Assembly (NCBI RefSeq): GCF_006345805.1
Contig: NC_043008.1
Coordinates: forward strand, 62,248,001-62,312,000
Reading direction: 5' to 3'
Length of the DNA: 64,000 nucleotides
Source of the DNA: Octopus sinensis
Taxonomy: Eukaryota
The notes beneath the pieces were generated by a model. The model was not told the origin of the DNA. It ran no database searches and saw nothing but the letters and a program-made list of their open reading frames with translations. The position numbers were made by a program, and so were the translations under genes. The number at the start of each line of letters is the position of its first letter. The stretch's first letter is position 1. Positions 1 to 12,074 of the stretch are shown in pieces.

Positions 1-805
1 AAACCCTTACATGTTTAGAAATAGCAGTCAAAAACGACTATAAAGCCACTACTTTCACTCATGTTATATCTCAGAATAAAACTGTCTGTGAGTGACATGA
101 CATATAAAATCCAAAATTTAAAAATAAACAGTTAATTCTCTATTGCAATTTAGAGGTTAGGAACCTCTTATACCATATTCTATCGTATTGTAAAATAACA
201 AAGATAAACAAGATAATGGTTCCTTTCTTCGTTTCAGGTGAATATTCCTGTAGATACAAATTGATACAAAATCCTACCTTTGGGCTTATATGAATCCTGA
301 CCAGCAAGAATAATGTGTCAACCTCTATCTACACATTCAAATGTATTATTATATTCCTTTTTAATTATTTCAATTTGCTCACCTATATCCGGTCTTTTGC
401 TGTGGTTCAATTTACTGGTCTTTTCTCATAAACACTCTGCATGACATCGGAATTCAGAATTTGAATGTGTAGATAAAGGTTGACACATTATTCTCGCTGG
501 TCGGGATTCAAATAAGCCCCAAGGTAGGATTTTGTATCAATTTGTATCAATAGAAATATTCTCTTGAAGAGAGGAATGGAACCATTATCTTGTTTATCTC
601 TGTTATTTTACAATGCAGTATATAATATGGTATAATAGGTTCCTAACCTCGAAATTGCAATAGAAAATTAACCTTTTATTTTTAAATTTTGGATTTTATA
701 TGTCATGTTGCTCATAGCCAGCTTTATTCTGAGGAGATATGATATGAATGAAAATAGTAGCTTTATAGTGGTTTTTGACTGATATTTCTAAACATGTAAG
801 GGTTT
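1..805. mobile_element. Fold-back/MITE-like element with long inverted arms (1-342 vs 459-805), probably cut by the window edge
   Basis: aaacccttacatgtttagaaat at 1 is the reverse complement of atttctaaacatgtaagggttt ending at 805; homology continues inward about 340 bp with a ~116-bp spacer. Confidence 0.8.
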
Positions 806-861
806 CTACAATCCTCTCCATTATAATTGTGATTTATTCATTATTATAAACACTCTTCTTA

Positions 862-1090
862 TATGTGTGTGTGTGTGTGTGTCTTTGTGTTTATGCTTGT
901 CTCCCCCTGACCACTTAACAACTGGTGTTGGTGTGTTTACGTCCCTGCAACTTAGCTGTTCAGCAGAAGAGACTGATAAAATAAGTACTAAGCTTAAAAA
1001 CACATATCCTTGGGTCAGTTTGTCTTGGCTAAGACCCTTCAAGTCTGTGCTCCAGCATGGCTGCAGTCAAATGACAGAGACATGTTAAAG
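862..1090 (+). mobile_element. SINE family A, 3' half
   Basis: Matches the 3' module of the many A copies in the window (cttgacaaccga...gctccagcatggccgcagtcaaatgac). Confidence 0.7.
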
Positions 1091-1149
1091 AAATGGGCTT
1101 TGGATTGGAAGCAGCAAAACATCTAAATCCTTTCTACAAAAGGCACAAA

Positions 1150-1530
1150 GGCCTGAAATTTGGCGAGAGGGGACAAGTCAATTACGTCAACCCCAATGAA
1201 ACACTGGTACTTAATTTATCAACCCCAAAAGGATGAAAGGCAAAGTTGACCCTGGCGGAATTCGAACTCAGAACGTAATGATGGGTGAAATACCTATTTC
1301 TTTACTGCCCACAATGGGCTACACACAGAGGGGACAAACAAGGACAGACACATGGATTAAGTTGATTATATCGACCCCAGTGCGTAACTGGTACTTAGTT
1401 AATCGACCCCCAAAGGAGGAAAGGCAAAGTTGACCTCGATGGAATTTGAACTCAGAACGTAGTGGCAGATGAAATACCGCTAAGCATTTTGTCCAGCATG
1501 CCAATAATTCTGCCAGCTCATTGCCTTGCA
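1150..1530 (-). mobile_element. SINE family B (Deu/Nin-domain-like), head-to-tail dimer
   Basis: Two B units joined by the gtaaagaaataggtatttc junction (read on the minus strand at ~1287-1305). Confidence 0.8.
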
Positions 1531-1734
1531 AAAGATCTTAATCAATAAACTTGTAGTATTCGTTTTGAATTTTCTCACTCTAAGTTCAAATCTTGTTGTG
1601 GTTAACTTTACTTTTCTGTCTTTCTGAGGTCAATAAAATAGATTACATGACAAATATGGAGGTTGATATAAGCAACTGTTCTGAGCTCAATAAATTTTTG
1701 ATTTTGCATCTATTTCTTATGTTTTATTTTCTTT

Positions 1735-2152
1735 CACTCATTAAACTGTAGCCATGCTGGGACATTGCCTTGAAGAATTTTTAAGTCAAACTAATTGATA
1801 TTGGTACTTGTTTTCTTCTTAATCCAGGTACTTGTTCTGTCTCTTTTGCAGAACTGTGAAATTACAGGGTTAGGGTCAAGTGGTGGTGGTGGTTGACAAA
1901 CACAGACACAAACATGCACACACATACATGCGCACATACACACATGCACACACATGTCCACACGCACACATGCACACACACACACACAATACAATACAGT
2001 AGGCTTCTTTCAGTTTCCACCTACCAAATCCATTCATAAGGCTTTAGTTGGCTGAGGCAGTACTAGGAGACACTTATCCAAGGTGCCCCGCAGTGGGAAT
2101 GAACTTGGAACCATGTGGTTGAAAAGCAAACTTCTTACGACACAGCCACCCT
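1735..2152 (-). mobile_element. SINE family A (tRNA head, CCTTGGGCAAG core, central CA/TA microsatellite)
   Basis: Reverse complement of the A consensus. Confidence 0.75.
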
Positions 2153-2524
2153 TGAGCCTATCTATGTCCATGTTTGTTTGAATCTTTGGGGATAAGAATT
2201 AGCCAACAACAGGTGATAAGCACTAATTATTTTTGGAGTAAAACGGAGGAAGAGACAATTAATTACATAAAGCAAGGTGTGACTGCTACTGTTTATTTTA
2301 TCAGCAACAGAACAAAAGGCAAAGTCACCCATCTTGGGAATTGAAACCCTTCATAAAAGGCATTTTCTTCAATGCTTTAACAATTTACCAACCAAATTTC
2401 TACGTCTAATAAACAAATAAAAACCTGATTGCTTATGAATGCATTATCAGGTGACAAATAGCTTATCCCATTAAGACATATTACAGGCACAAGCAAGAAA
2501 GCAAAAATAAATAAATAAATAAAT

Positions 2525-2940
2525 AGGAGTGGCTGTGTGGTAAGTAGCTTGCTTACCAACCACATTGTTCCGGGTTCAGTCCTATTGAATGGCAACTTGG
2601 GCAAGTGTCTTCTACTATAGCCTTGAGCCGACCAAAGCCTTGTGAGTGGATTTGGTAGATGGAAACTGAAAGAAGCCTGTTGTATATATATATATATATA
2701 TATATATTTTAAGGTGGCGAGCTGGCAGAAACATTAGCATGCCGGGCGAAATGCGTAGCCGTGTTTCGTCTGTCGTTACGTTCCAAGTTCAAATTCCGCC
2801 AAGGTCAACTTTGCCTTTCATCCTTTTGGGGTCGATAAATTAAATACCAGTTACGCACTGGGGTTGATGTAATCGACTTAATCCCTTTGTTTGTCCTTGT
2901 TTATCCCCTCTGTGTTTAGCCCCTTGTGGGTAATAAAGAA

Positions 2941-2971
<31 letters not shown>

Positions 2972-3203
2972 TGTATATGTTTGTGCGTCTGTGGTTTGTT
3001 CCCCCAGCATCACTTGACAACCGATGCTGGTGTGTTTGCATCCCTGTAACTTATAACTTAGTGGTTCGGCAAAAGAGACCAATAGAATAAGTACTAAGCT
3101 CATGAAGAATAAGTCCTGTGGTCAATTTGCGTGACTAAAGGCGATGCTCCAGCATGGCCGCAGTCAAACGACTGAAACAAATGAAAGAATAAAAAATAAA
3201 GAA
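2525..3203 (+). mobile_element. SINE family A, interrupted by a family B SINE in its central (TA)n
   Basis: A box TGGCTGTGTGG and B box GGTTCAGTCC at the 5' end; the 3' module resumes at ~2965. Confidence 0.85.
2712..2940 (+). mobile_element. SINE family B (tRNA-derived, Deu/Nin-like central domain)
   Basis: ggcgagctggcagaaac...gttcaaattcc head; aggtcaactttgcctttcatccttttggggtcgataaattaa domain; flanked by (TA)n. Confidence 0.85.
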
Positions 3204-3479
3204 TGTAAGGTTCTTTCATTTTGATTTGAACAAGATTTTCATAATTTCTTATTCCTATTTCCAAAAGCTGACTGTTTTAATTTTCTTATTCTTTCAGTTT
3301 TCCATTCTGTATTTTCCGGAATCTCTCAAACAATAGATTAACATTGAGAAACAACTACTTATTTGTTCTCCACCTTGGATTATCTTTAGAGCAATTATTT
3401 CTGGAATATTGGTTATCTATAATTGCCAATATTGCCCTCCGCCAACTCTATCCTGCTCCCCCGACCACTCCCTCATCTC

Positions 3480-3990
3480 CACTTCTGTGAACCACTCTTT
3501 CCTTGTTCTTGTTTTTATAGATTCTCCTTCACTCTATTTCTTTCTCTCTCTCTCTTTCTTAATATTTCTTTCAAAGTTCTATCTTTTCTAACATTCCTTT
3601 CTCTGGATCCTTGCTCCTTAGTTCTTGTAACAATAGCTTCTCTCACGCTCTGTTTCATTCTCCCTCTTTCACCAGCTCTCTTTCTCCCTCTCTCTCTCTT
3701 TCTCTTTCTCTTCCTCTATTCTATCACACTATACCTACCGCTCTCTCCCCATTTTTCTATCTCCTCCACCTTCTACATATTACTACCTTTTTTCTCTGTC
3801 CTTTCTTGTCTTCTTTCTCTCTCATCCCACACATCATCTCACCCATTTCTACCTTTCTTTTCTTTATCTATTCTCTCCTTCATCTACCCCCCAATTCTCT
3901 ACACTCCCTCTCACTATCTCTCACTCTCTCTTTCTGCTTTTCTCGTCCTCCCTTTCTCTCTTCCTTATACAGCCATAAGCACCTATATTT
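3480..3990. repeat. CT-rich low-complexity tract
   Basis: Almost purely C/T sequence; explains ORFs 3423..4013 and 3611..4075. Confidence 0.8.
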
Positions 3991-4280
3991 ACTATACATA
4001 TCAACAAATGTAAATGTATACCAAGCTGTGACAGAACGTGCACCTTACAGGTGTTTCATTATGCAATATATCTAACCTGAGTCACTAATAATATACCCTC
4101 ACCTCTACCCCACCACCACTATTACTACCCCAAGTTCTCCTACATCATTCAGCATGTGCAAATCAAAACTACATGTTTTTATCTCTTCCTCACATGATGA
4201 CTGTCCTTGTATGATAACTGTCCTAGTATGAAAAAAGTTTAAATGCATCTCCTTCTTAGCTGCCAACAGCTTTCATTTAC

Positions 4281-4346
4281 CATTAAATTCATTCGTTGAC
4301 AATGGCATCGGTAATTGGAATAGTTATACATTATAAAAGGAATGTT
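4281..4346 (-). CDS. Candidate 66-nt exon (phase 0-0), NIPFIMYNYSNYRCHCQRMNLM
   Basis: Acceptor tttttctctag, donor ATG|GTAAAT, one open frame; protein not recognised, and an alternative plus-strand exon reading overlaps it. Confidence 0.25.
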
Positions 4347-4677
4347 CTAGAGAAAAATAGTATATCTTCCCTTAAGCCAATTTAGTAACCTGCTTTTCTC
4401 TCTGCTGTTTGAAATAAATCCCTTTGCAAATACAGTTAATATTTTTTGTTTGTTTCTAAGAAGAAAAACAAAGCATTTCACAGCTCTCAATTCGTCTCAT
4501 CTCCCCCAAACGTCTTATATCTCAAGCTTCATGTCAGTCTGTAGAAGAAAAACAATTATTAGTTTGTATTTTTCTCCACACAGTGTTTTATAATTATCTA
4601 TAAAAAAAAAATTTGAAAAAATGTTTCTATTAAAATTTGGACAAAATATGGCTTTAGATATTGCCATGTTGCCAATG

Positions 4678-4935
4678 GTGGCAGCGTGTGGTTTAGTGGT
4701 TAGGGTGTCAGCACCATGATCATAAGATTGTGGTTCGATTCCTGGACCGGGTGACGCGTCGACGCGTTGTGTTCTTGAGTAAAACACTTCATTTCACGTT
4801 GCTCCAGTCCACTCAGCTGGCAAAAATGAGTAACGCTGTGATGGACTGGTGTCCCGTCCAGCTGGGAAACACATACACCATAGAAACTGGGAAAACGGGC
4901 CCATGAACCTGGCTAGGCTTTCAAAAAGAGCACAT
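4678..4935 (+). mobile_element. tRNA-derived SINE with V-domain-like core
   Basis: A box tggtttagtgg, B box ggttcgattcc; ctgtgatggactggtgtcccgtccag resembles the V-SINE conserved domain. Confidence 0.7.
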
Positions 4936-5024
4936 TATGTTGCCAATGGCTGCAGTATATGAAAGAGGTAATTAACTGATTAACAAAAAATTTGATGACA
5001 ACATTTGGAATAATTATATTCTTT

Positions 5025-5293
5025 TATTCTTTAACTTGTTTCAGGCATTTGACTGTGGCCATGCTGGAGTACAATATTGAAAGGGTTTAGTGAAACAGAT
5101 TGACTGCAGGACTTTTATTTTAAGCCTAATACTTATTCTATTTGTCTCTTTTGTTGAACCACTAAGCTACAAGCATGTAAACATACCAGCATTGGTTGTC
5201 AAGTGATGATGAGAGGAGGGTGACAAACACGAATACAAAGGCACGCACAAATAGATATGTACATATATGCATATATATAAACATACATACATA

Positions 5294-5335
<42 letters not shown>

Positions 5336-5423
5336 ATATACGTATGTATATATATATATAAACATACATACATATATGTGTGTGTGTATATATATAAACA
5401 TACATACATATATGTATATATAT

Positions 5424-5467
<44 letters not shown>

Positions 5468-5491
5468 ATATAATATATATATATAGATAGG

Positions 5492-5549
<58 letters not shown>

Positions 5550-5692
5550 TGATGAGCTTCTATCGGTATCTGTCTATCACAAAGCTTTAAATTGGCCTGA
5601 GGCTATAATAGAAGACACTTACCCAAGTTGCCACGCAGTGAGACTGAACCCAGAACTATGAGGTTAGGAAGCAATCTTCATAACACACAGCC
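5025..5692 (-). mobile_element. SINE family A with expanded central (TA)n/(GATA)n
   Basis: Both A modules flank ~290 bp of microsatellite. Confidence 0.75.
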
Positions 5693-6033
5693 ACTGTTGT
5701 TTTTGTTTCACCCTATGTAAGTTCTGATAGAATAGACTTATGAGCAAAGGCTTTTCAGCCATGCCCACCATCACTTTATTGCATGAATCAGTAGCTCAAT
5801 GACATCATTGGCCTATATATATATATATATATATATGTGTATGTGTATATATATATATATATATATATGTATAAGTGAGAGTCTCCTTATTTACCTAAAA
5901 CTCTATTATTCTATTTATTCTTTTATCTATTTTATCTACTTTATCACTGATTCCTTTGACCACTCCCCTAAGAATGATAGTTTGCGCCATGCCTACCCCA
6001 AAAAGTCCCCCCACCACCACCACCCCTTTAAAC

Positions 6034-6128
6034 CTGCCTAAATGTATAAATGCCAAAACTATTCTTGTCACCTAGCTTCCTGATGATTTCTTTTGAATGA
6101 AACAGTTCTAGTCCTGTAGAAGCTACTT
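6034..6128 (-). CDS. Candidate 95-nt exon (phase 1-0), (E)VASTGLELFHSKEIIRKLGDKNSFGIYTFRQ
   Basis: Acceptor tttattttatag, donor CAG|GTTTAA, open frame, phase-compatible with neighbouring candidates. Confidence 0.3.
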
Positions 6129-6639
6129 CTATAAAATAAATATATATATATATATCATTTCTTAATGACATTAAAGTGTAATACGAGAGAAGTTTTGCTA
6201 CTATTTCTAGCATGTCAAACAAACACAAAGACTCTCACATGAATAATTTCAAGAGAATTGTCGTCAGTTGTCGTAAGTGAAATAATTAACTCCGAGACAA
6301 CACAGAAGCAGCTACAATAGGTATATTATATATAATATCCAAAGAGAAATATTGCTAACAGTTCTATAGACTATAAAGTGGTTAATATATTGACAGCAAT
6401 AATTAGACTTGCAATGCATGAATCACATAGTTGTGATGTTACAACACTGTCTGTGATTGTAGACTTTGAAAGAATTAACTCATTCACATCAAGATTTGTA
6501 CTTAAAGTATTTATGCCTTGTATTGTTGCATATTATCACCTTCAACTGGGGACTCTTGATGGAGTTAACACACTATCAAAGAAACTGAAATTGAAATCTA
6601 TCTGCCTATCTTATTTCTTTATTGTCCACAAGGGGCTAA

Positions 6640-6842
6640 ACATAGAGGCGACAAACAAGGACAGAGAAAGGGATTAAGTCGATTACATCGACCCCAGTGC
6701 GTAACTGGTACTTAATTTATCGACCCTGAAAGGATGAAAGGCAAAGTCGACCTCGGCAGAATTTGAACTCAGAATGTAACGGCAGACAAAATACCGCTAA
6801 GCATTTCACCTGGTATGCTAACGTTTCTGCCACCTCGCTGCC
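6640..6842 (-). mobile_element. SINE family B
   Basis: Reverse complement of the B consensus. Confidence 0.85.
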
Positions 6843-6966
6843 TAACTATCTATCTACCTACCTATCTATCTATCTATCTATCTATCTTTCTATATCTATC
6901 TATCTATCTATCAATATCTATCTATCTATTTATCTATCTATATTTATTTATCTATCTAGCAATATA

Positions 6967-7023
<57 letters not shown>

Positions 7024-7105
7024 AAATGTTAAAAATCATTAATGATTTTACCATTGGGTCAGCACAGAAAAAAACCTTATAGGTAAATTTTACAAATATT
7101 TTATT

Positions 7106-7331
7106 ATTATATACATAATTATAATAAGGGATTGGCTATAAGCCTCATGCTGGAAAAGATGTCAAAAGACACTATTCCCACCTTAAAATCTCCAAGAATA
7201 AAACGCTGGGTTGTAGGTGCCTACAACCCAGTGTGTTCTTCTCAGAGATTTTAAGGTGGTAATAGTGTCTTTTGACATCTTTTCCAACATGAGGCTTATA
7301 GCCAATCCCTTATTATAATTATGTATATAAT
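7106..7331. repeat. 226-bp near-perfect palindrome (MITE-like) in (TA)n
   Basis: Arms 7106-7217 and 7220-7331, 2-nt spacer (ctgggttgtagg-tg-cctacaacccag), no net indel. Confidence 0.9.
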
Positions 7332-7336
7332 TATAA

Positions 7337-7397
<61 letters not shown>

Positions 7398-7504
7398 TTG
7401 TATGTATGTATGTATGTATGTATGTAGTATGTATGTATGTATGTATGGTTGTATGTATATATGTTCATATATATATCAGTTATTCATCACTGCCAGAATA
7501 TCAC

Positions 7505-7656
7505 CCACAAGCCTGCAAAAGTTGGTTGCCACTTTGTTGAGACCAAATTTAGTTGCAGTCCTCTTATGTGCATCAGTGTCTGCATGCAAAGAGAGGGTTA
7601 ACAAATTATTGGCATAAAACTTAACTGTAGCACCATTTATGTAGCACAGCAAGCAG
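7505..7656 (-). CDS. Candidate exon, CLLCYINGATVKFYANNLLTLSLHADTDAHKRTATKFGLNKVATNFCRLV
   Basis: Acceptor ttcctaagtcacag, donor TGG|GTGATA, within ORF 7476..7673; phase-1 end joins 6128. Confidence 0.25.
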
Positions 7657-9019
7657 CTGTGACTTAGGAACATTGTTAAAAAGCATTATTTTGAACCATA
7701 CTACAAACCATTTTTATCCAGTTCTGAATTTGATTGAATGCCTTTCGTGTGTTATAGATTATTTTCCAAGAGCATCAGCTGCAGATGAAAACATGACTAT
7801 TATTCACCTAAAATCTCAACAAGAATACAATTCCATGAAAAAGGGATAAGAAAAGTATAAAGAAAAACATTAAAAAAATACTTGATATTATACCATACTT
7901 AATGACTTTAAAAAAATATTTTAACATTTCTCTATAAATTGTAGCCATTCTTCTTAAAATCAAAACATGTTTAATTAATTCTTACTTTACAGTTGACTGA
8001 ATTTTCTAAAGTTTCAAAGTAGGATTGACATACAATAATACTTAATATATTTAGTAATTTATTTATATGTGTCATTCTACTGCAATACTGAAAAGTTATT
8101 TCGCTCTTAACAATGGTTATTCAATAATATTTGTTAATATAGTCAAACCTGCTGAAAACAACAACAATGACAAGAAGAAGATGAACAACAATGAGAACAG
8201 CAATGAGAAGAACAAGAAGAACGAAAAGAAGAAGAAGAATTTCATTACGTAAGCAATGATAATGCAACCAAGAAATATTACATGAGAGTATCAGAGAATG
8301 AATATTGATGACGAATATAAAATGTGTAACATAAAAAGAAATAACAAAGAACATGCAAAATAATACAGACAAAAATAAAAAAAATAAAAATATATTTTTG
8401 TTTTGAAAATATTAATGGAAAGAGAGATAAAGAGAAATAAAAGGATTAAAAGTGTAAAGAAGGAAAAGAGATGAGATGAAATGAATGATATATAATTAAT
8501 AGAGTTAGTTTGTTAAATATAATTTGAATTATGTGATTCAATAGAATGAGGTTAAGATTATCCTAATAGCTCTGATGTGAATTTCTGTTCATATGTAGGT
8601 TTATCAGTGTGAGAGGAGTAGTTGGAGTAGTAGAAATGATAGCTATTAAGGGTAGCAGACCTGTAGGAGTAAGAGAAACAATACAATAGTAGTAGCAGTA
8701 TGCAGACAGCATAATGGGGTCAGTAAGTGTAATAGTAGTCACAGGTGTAAAGAGAGCAGAAGAAAATTTTGAAGCAGTTGGGTCAGTAGATACAAGCCGT
8801 AGAAATTAAGGAAACCATTGATAGCAATTGGAGTTGTAGAAATAGTAAATCCAGCAGAAATGGTAGAAGCAGTAGCAGCAGAGTTAGAAAGAACTTTTGA
8901 AAAAGTAACAGAAACAAAAATGGGGGAATAAGGAGACATGGTAGAAGCAGAAGTAGTAGCAGTAGTGGGACAACAGGAGTAATAGAAGAAGCGAAAGCGA
9001 AAGTAGTGAACATGGAATG

Positions 9020-9335
9020 TTAAAAGCACCATTCGAGCATGGTTGTTGCCAGCGTCATCTGACTGGCTCCTGTGCAGGTGGCACATAAAAAGCATCATTC
9101 GAGCATGGTCATTGCCAGCGTCACTTGACTGGCTCTTGTGCAGGTGGAACGAAAAAGCACCCACTACACTCTCGGAGTGGTTGGCATTAGGAAGAGCATC
9201 CAGCTGTAGAAACTTTGCCAGATCAGATTGGAACCTGGTGCAGCCTTCTGGCTTACCAGCCCTCAGTCAAACTGTCCAACTCAAGCCAGCATGGAAAGTG
9301 GACGTTAAACGACGACGACGACAATGATGATGATG
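9020..9335 (+). mobile_element. SINE/LINE-tail family C (RTE-type 3' end with (GAT)n tail)
   Basis: gcacccactacactctcggagtggttggc...ggacgttaaacgacgacgacgacaatgatgatg; same family at 14605 and 29025. Confidence 0.75.
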
Positions 9336-9527
9336 ATGCAAATGGCACAGTAATACAGTAGGGGCAGCAGGATTGGTAACATCATATTTTCCAGCATACA
9401 AGTTGAATTTTTCAGATCCATATTCACAGCAAAACAATAAAAAAAGAAGAAAATATTTGGTGGACTTATACTTTAAGACGATTTTGGAGGAGCAAAAATT
9501 CTATGTGAAATCCAGTAGGATTTGAAA

Positions 9528-10165
9528 CAGTGCTTCTCAACCAAGGTCTGTGTAACTCCTGGGGGCCCATAAGATTTTGTAGGGTCCACACCACCGAAAT
9601 AGGAAATTTGATCCACAGTATTATTTTAAGAGACCAAGGAAAAAATTTGCTTCAGATATATATATTTTTTCTTTCTCTAATGTTTTTCGTAGTTTTCAGA
9701 CTACACAAGTTAAAATGTGATGAACAAAAAGCATAATCTTGAAAGTATTTATAAAATTATTTGTTAAATATCGAATGGTAATGGAAGTTCACCAGAATAA
9801 AATTGTAATTAAAGAGGTCTATAGATAAAAAGGTGGAGGCACATGGACTAGTGGTTAGAGCAGCGGACTCGTGGTTGATGGATCGCAGGTTTGAATCTCA
9901 GACCGGGCGATGTGTGTGTTTATGAGCGAAACACCTAAGCTCCACATGGCTCTGGCAGAAGGTAATGGCGAACTTCTGCTAACTCGTTTGCCACAACTTT
10001 CTCTCACTCTTTCCTCCTGCATCTTGCAGCTCGCCTGTGATGGACCAATGTCTCATCTAGGTGGGAAACCTATACGCCAAGAAAACCCGGAAATCAGACC
10101 TTATGAGCCAGGTATGGCTTGAGAAGGAACAACCAATAGATAAAAGGAACAGCTGAGAATTAGTG
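9528..10165. mobile_element. hAT-type MITE interrupted by a SINE
   Basis: Starts cagtgcttctcaacc (hAT/Charlie-like TIR); degenerate right end ctgagaattagtg after the nested SINE. Confidence 0.5.
9831..10135 (+). mobile_element. tRNA-derived V-domain-like SINE with target-site duplication
   Basis: A box tggactagtgg; cctgtgatggacc core; atagataaaa repeated at 9821 and 10136. Confidence 0.7.
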
Positions 10166-10965
10166 ATTTGCAATGAAAGCAATGATGTTTGAATGTTTAC
10201 ACTGCATCTGTATACTATAAACTACATGAATTTGTATGGCAGAAAATATGGTAGAAGTAGTTGAAGCAACAATAGTTGATGCAGTAAAAACTGGTATAAG
10301 TAACAGAAGTACTAGTGTAGTAGGAAAAAGCAGAAGTGGAATTGGTAGAAACATTAGTAGTACATTGGAATCAGCAGCTTCCTCAAATTCTTTAAATTTT
10401 ACAGATGTTTTTCCTATAGCATTTCCTCTTCCAGAAAATAAGCTTTTGTAATCATTTACTTTGTAATATAATATCTCACCACATCTTCAAAATGAATTCT
10501 TTCTCTATCACATTCTCTCCCTCTCCCTCCCTATCTCCTTCTGTCTGTATTAGTGTCTATCTCTCTGCCAGTTTGTCTACCAGTCTCCCTCTCTGTCTAT
10601 ATGTGTTTCTCTCTCTTTTTTTCAGTCTGTCTGTCTGTCTCTCTTTCTCTCTCTCACTCTAACTCTTTCTTTCTTTCCCTCGCTTCTTTACTGACTCCTG
10701 TGTGCCTTTCTCTTCATTTGTCTTCCTGCCAGTCTATTTGTCTGCCAGCTTTTTATTTTTCTCTTTCTTACCCATCTCTCTCTCTCTCTCTCTTTATAAT
10801 ATGTTTCTCTCATTTTCATCTCATCTCATTTTTCCTTTATTTCTTTTTTAATTTTCACCCTTCATAAGTAGTGAGGTGAATATCTCACTGCCTATCTCTC
10901 TCTCCTTTATTCTCCTCTCTCACCCCTCTCTCTGCCTTAACATTACTACATTTAGACAAAAAAAA

Positions 10966-11695
10966 TTAACCCTTTCAAATACCAACCCAGCTGAAACAGG
11001 CTCTGGTTCTGCTGTACAAATGTCTTGTTTTCACAAGTTTTAACTTAAAATCTTCCACCAAATTTATGTTCCTAACAGTAGATTAATGATAACTAAGGTA
11101 TTTTACTAAATTCTTTGTTATATTTAAAACTAGCAGCATCGCCCAGCATTGCTCGGGTTTGTAAGGGAAATAACTATATAAGCATTTTTAGAGAGTTACT
11201 TCCCTTATAGATGCCAATTCGGGCTTTCTTAGCCATTTCTGTTTTGGTGTCTTCAAGCCATGAAGTCGTTGTTCTAAAAGAACGCTGGTCTCCTTGACAA
11301 CGCTTTACGACGTTGATTTCATTACACTCCTTTCCCCACAGCTTCACGAGGGAGGGAAGAAGGGGGAGAAGCAAACAGGTGCAGGTGTGACCATGGACGC
11401 CAACTCCGCCGCCATCGACACACGAAAAATTATGCATTAAAATGGAAGAAAAAATGATGTTAAATTATTTTTAAAATCGTAGACTCATCGTAGACGCGCG
11501 CTAATACTCAGACGGGCTCGATAGGAATCACGACTATAAGATACCCAAATTTGGTTAAACTGCACCGCAAAATGTGGGAGTAGTTAGGAATCTAATCGAA
11601 GGGGACAGACACTCACACAACTACAGTTTTATATATATAGATTAATTGAACAAAACACAGAACATCTCAAAATAAATACGGTAACGAAAGGGTTA
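10966..11695. mobile_element. TTAA-CCCTT MITE (piggyBac-like ends) split by a Helitron
   Basis: ttaaccctttc start and gaaagggtta end; uninterrupted relatives at 13816 and 39363. Confidence 0.75.
11130..11641 (-). mobile_element. Non-autonomous Helitron
   Basis: Minus strand has 5' TC(tatatata), 3' CTAG with a subterminal hairpin (gcccagcattgctcggg); inserted between A and T without TSD. Confidence 0.8.
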
Positions 11696-12074
11696 CAAAA
11701 CTCATTCTAACACTTACTTTCATTGCAATTATATTTCAGTTTTAAACACATTACCTGTGCTGCATACAACAACTTACCTTTGGACAGACTGTAACACCCA
11801 CGACCCAATCACTTTCTGATTGAAGAAGCTACAGTCTCATAGAGACTAGATATGATGCAAATTGGAATTGCAATCAGTACTAATTCTTCTGAATTTGAAT
11901 CCAGCCCTTGGCTAATTCACTCTTCTGTTCTCCTAAGACTAAAGAAAACACTGCAAGGCAGTTGTTGTTGTTTTTGTTCTTGTTGCAAATGTTGTTAATC
12001 TCCGGGTCAGACCTGGCCCAATTTTGCTTTGCACTTGTATGAATTACAAACTTGGGCCCCACAGACAATATTCT

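Noticed and set aside
2525-2590. tRNA-like sequences with A and B boxes at many positions
   Set aside because: They are SINE heads followed by SINE bodies; no complete cloverleaf, so no tRNA gene is called
5167-5473. Long ORFs of YIYI/MCVC/HTHT/poly-I/poly-D/poly-R type throughout the track (also 21030-21912, 22297-22656, 27323-27767, 33967-34458, 37920-39015, 63251-63759)
   Set aside because: They are stop-free readings of microsatellites, not genes
8739-9164. Thr/Ser/Ala-rich minus-strand ORF (also 10160-10451) resembling a mucin
   Set aside because: Degenerate GTA/GCA low-complexity sequence running into a family C repeat; no splice-consistent structure
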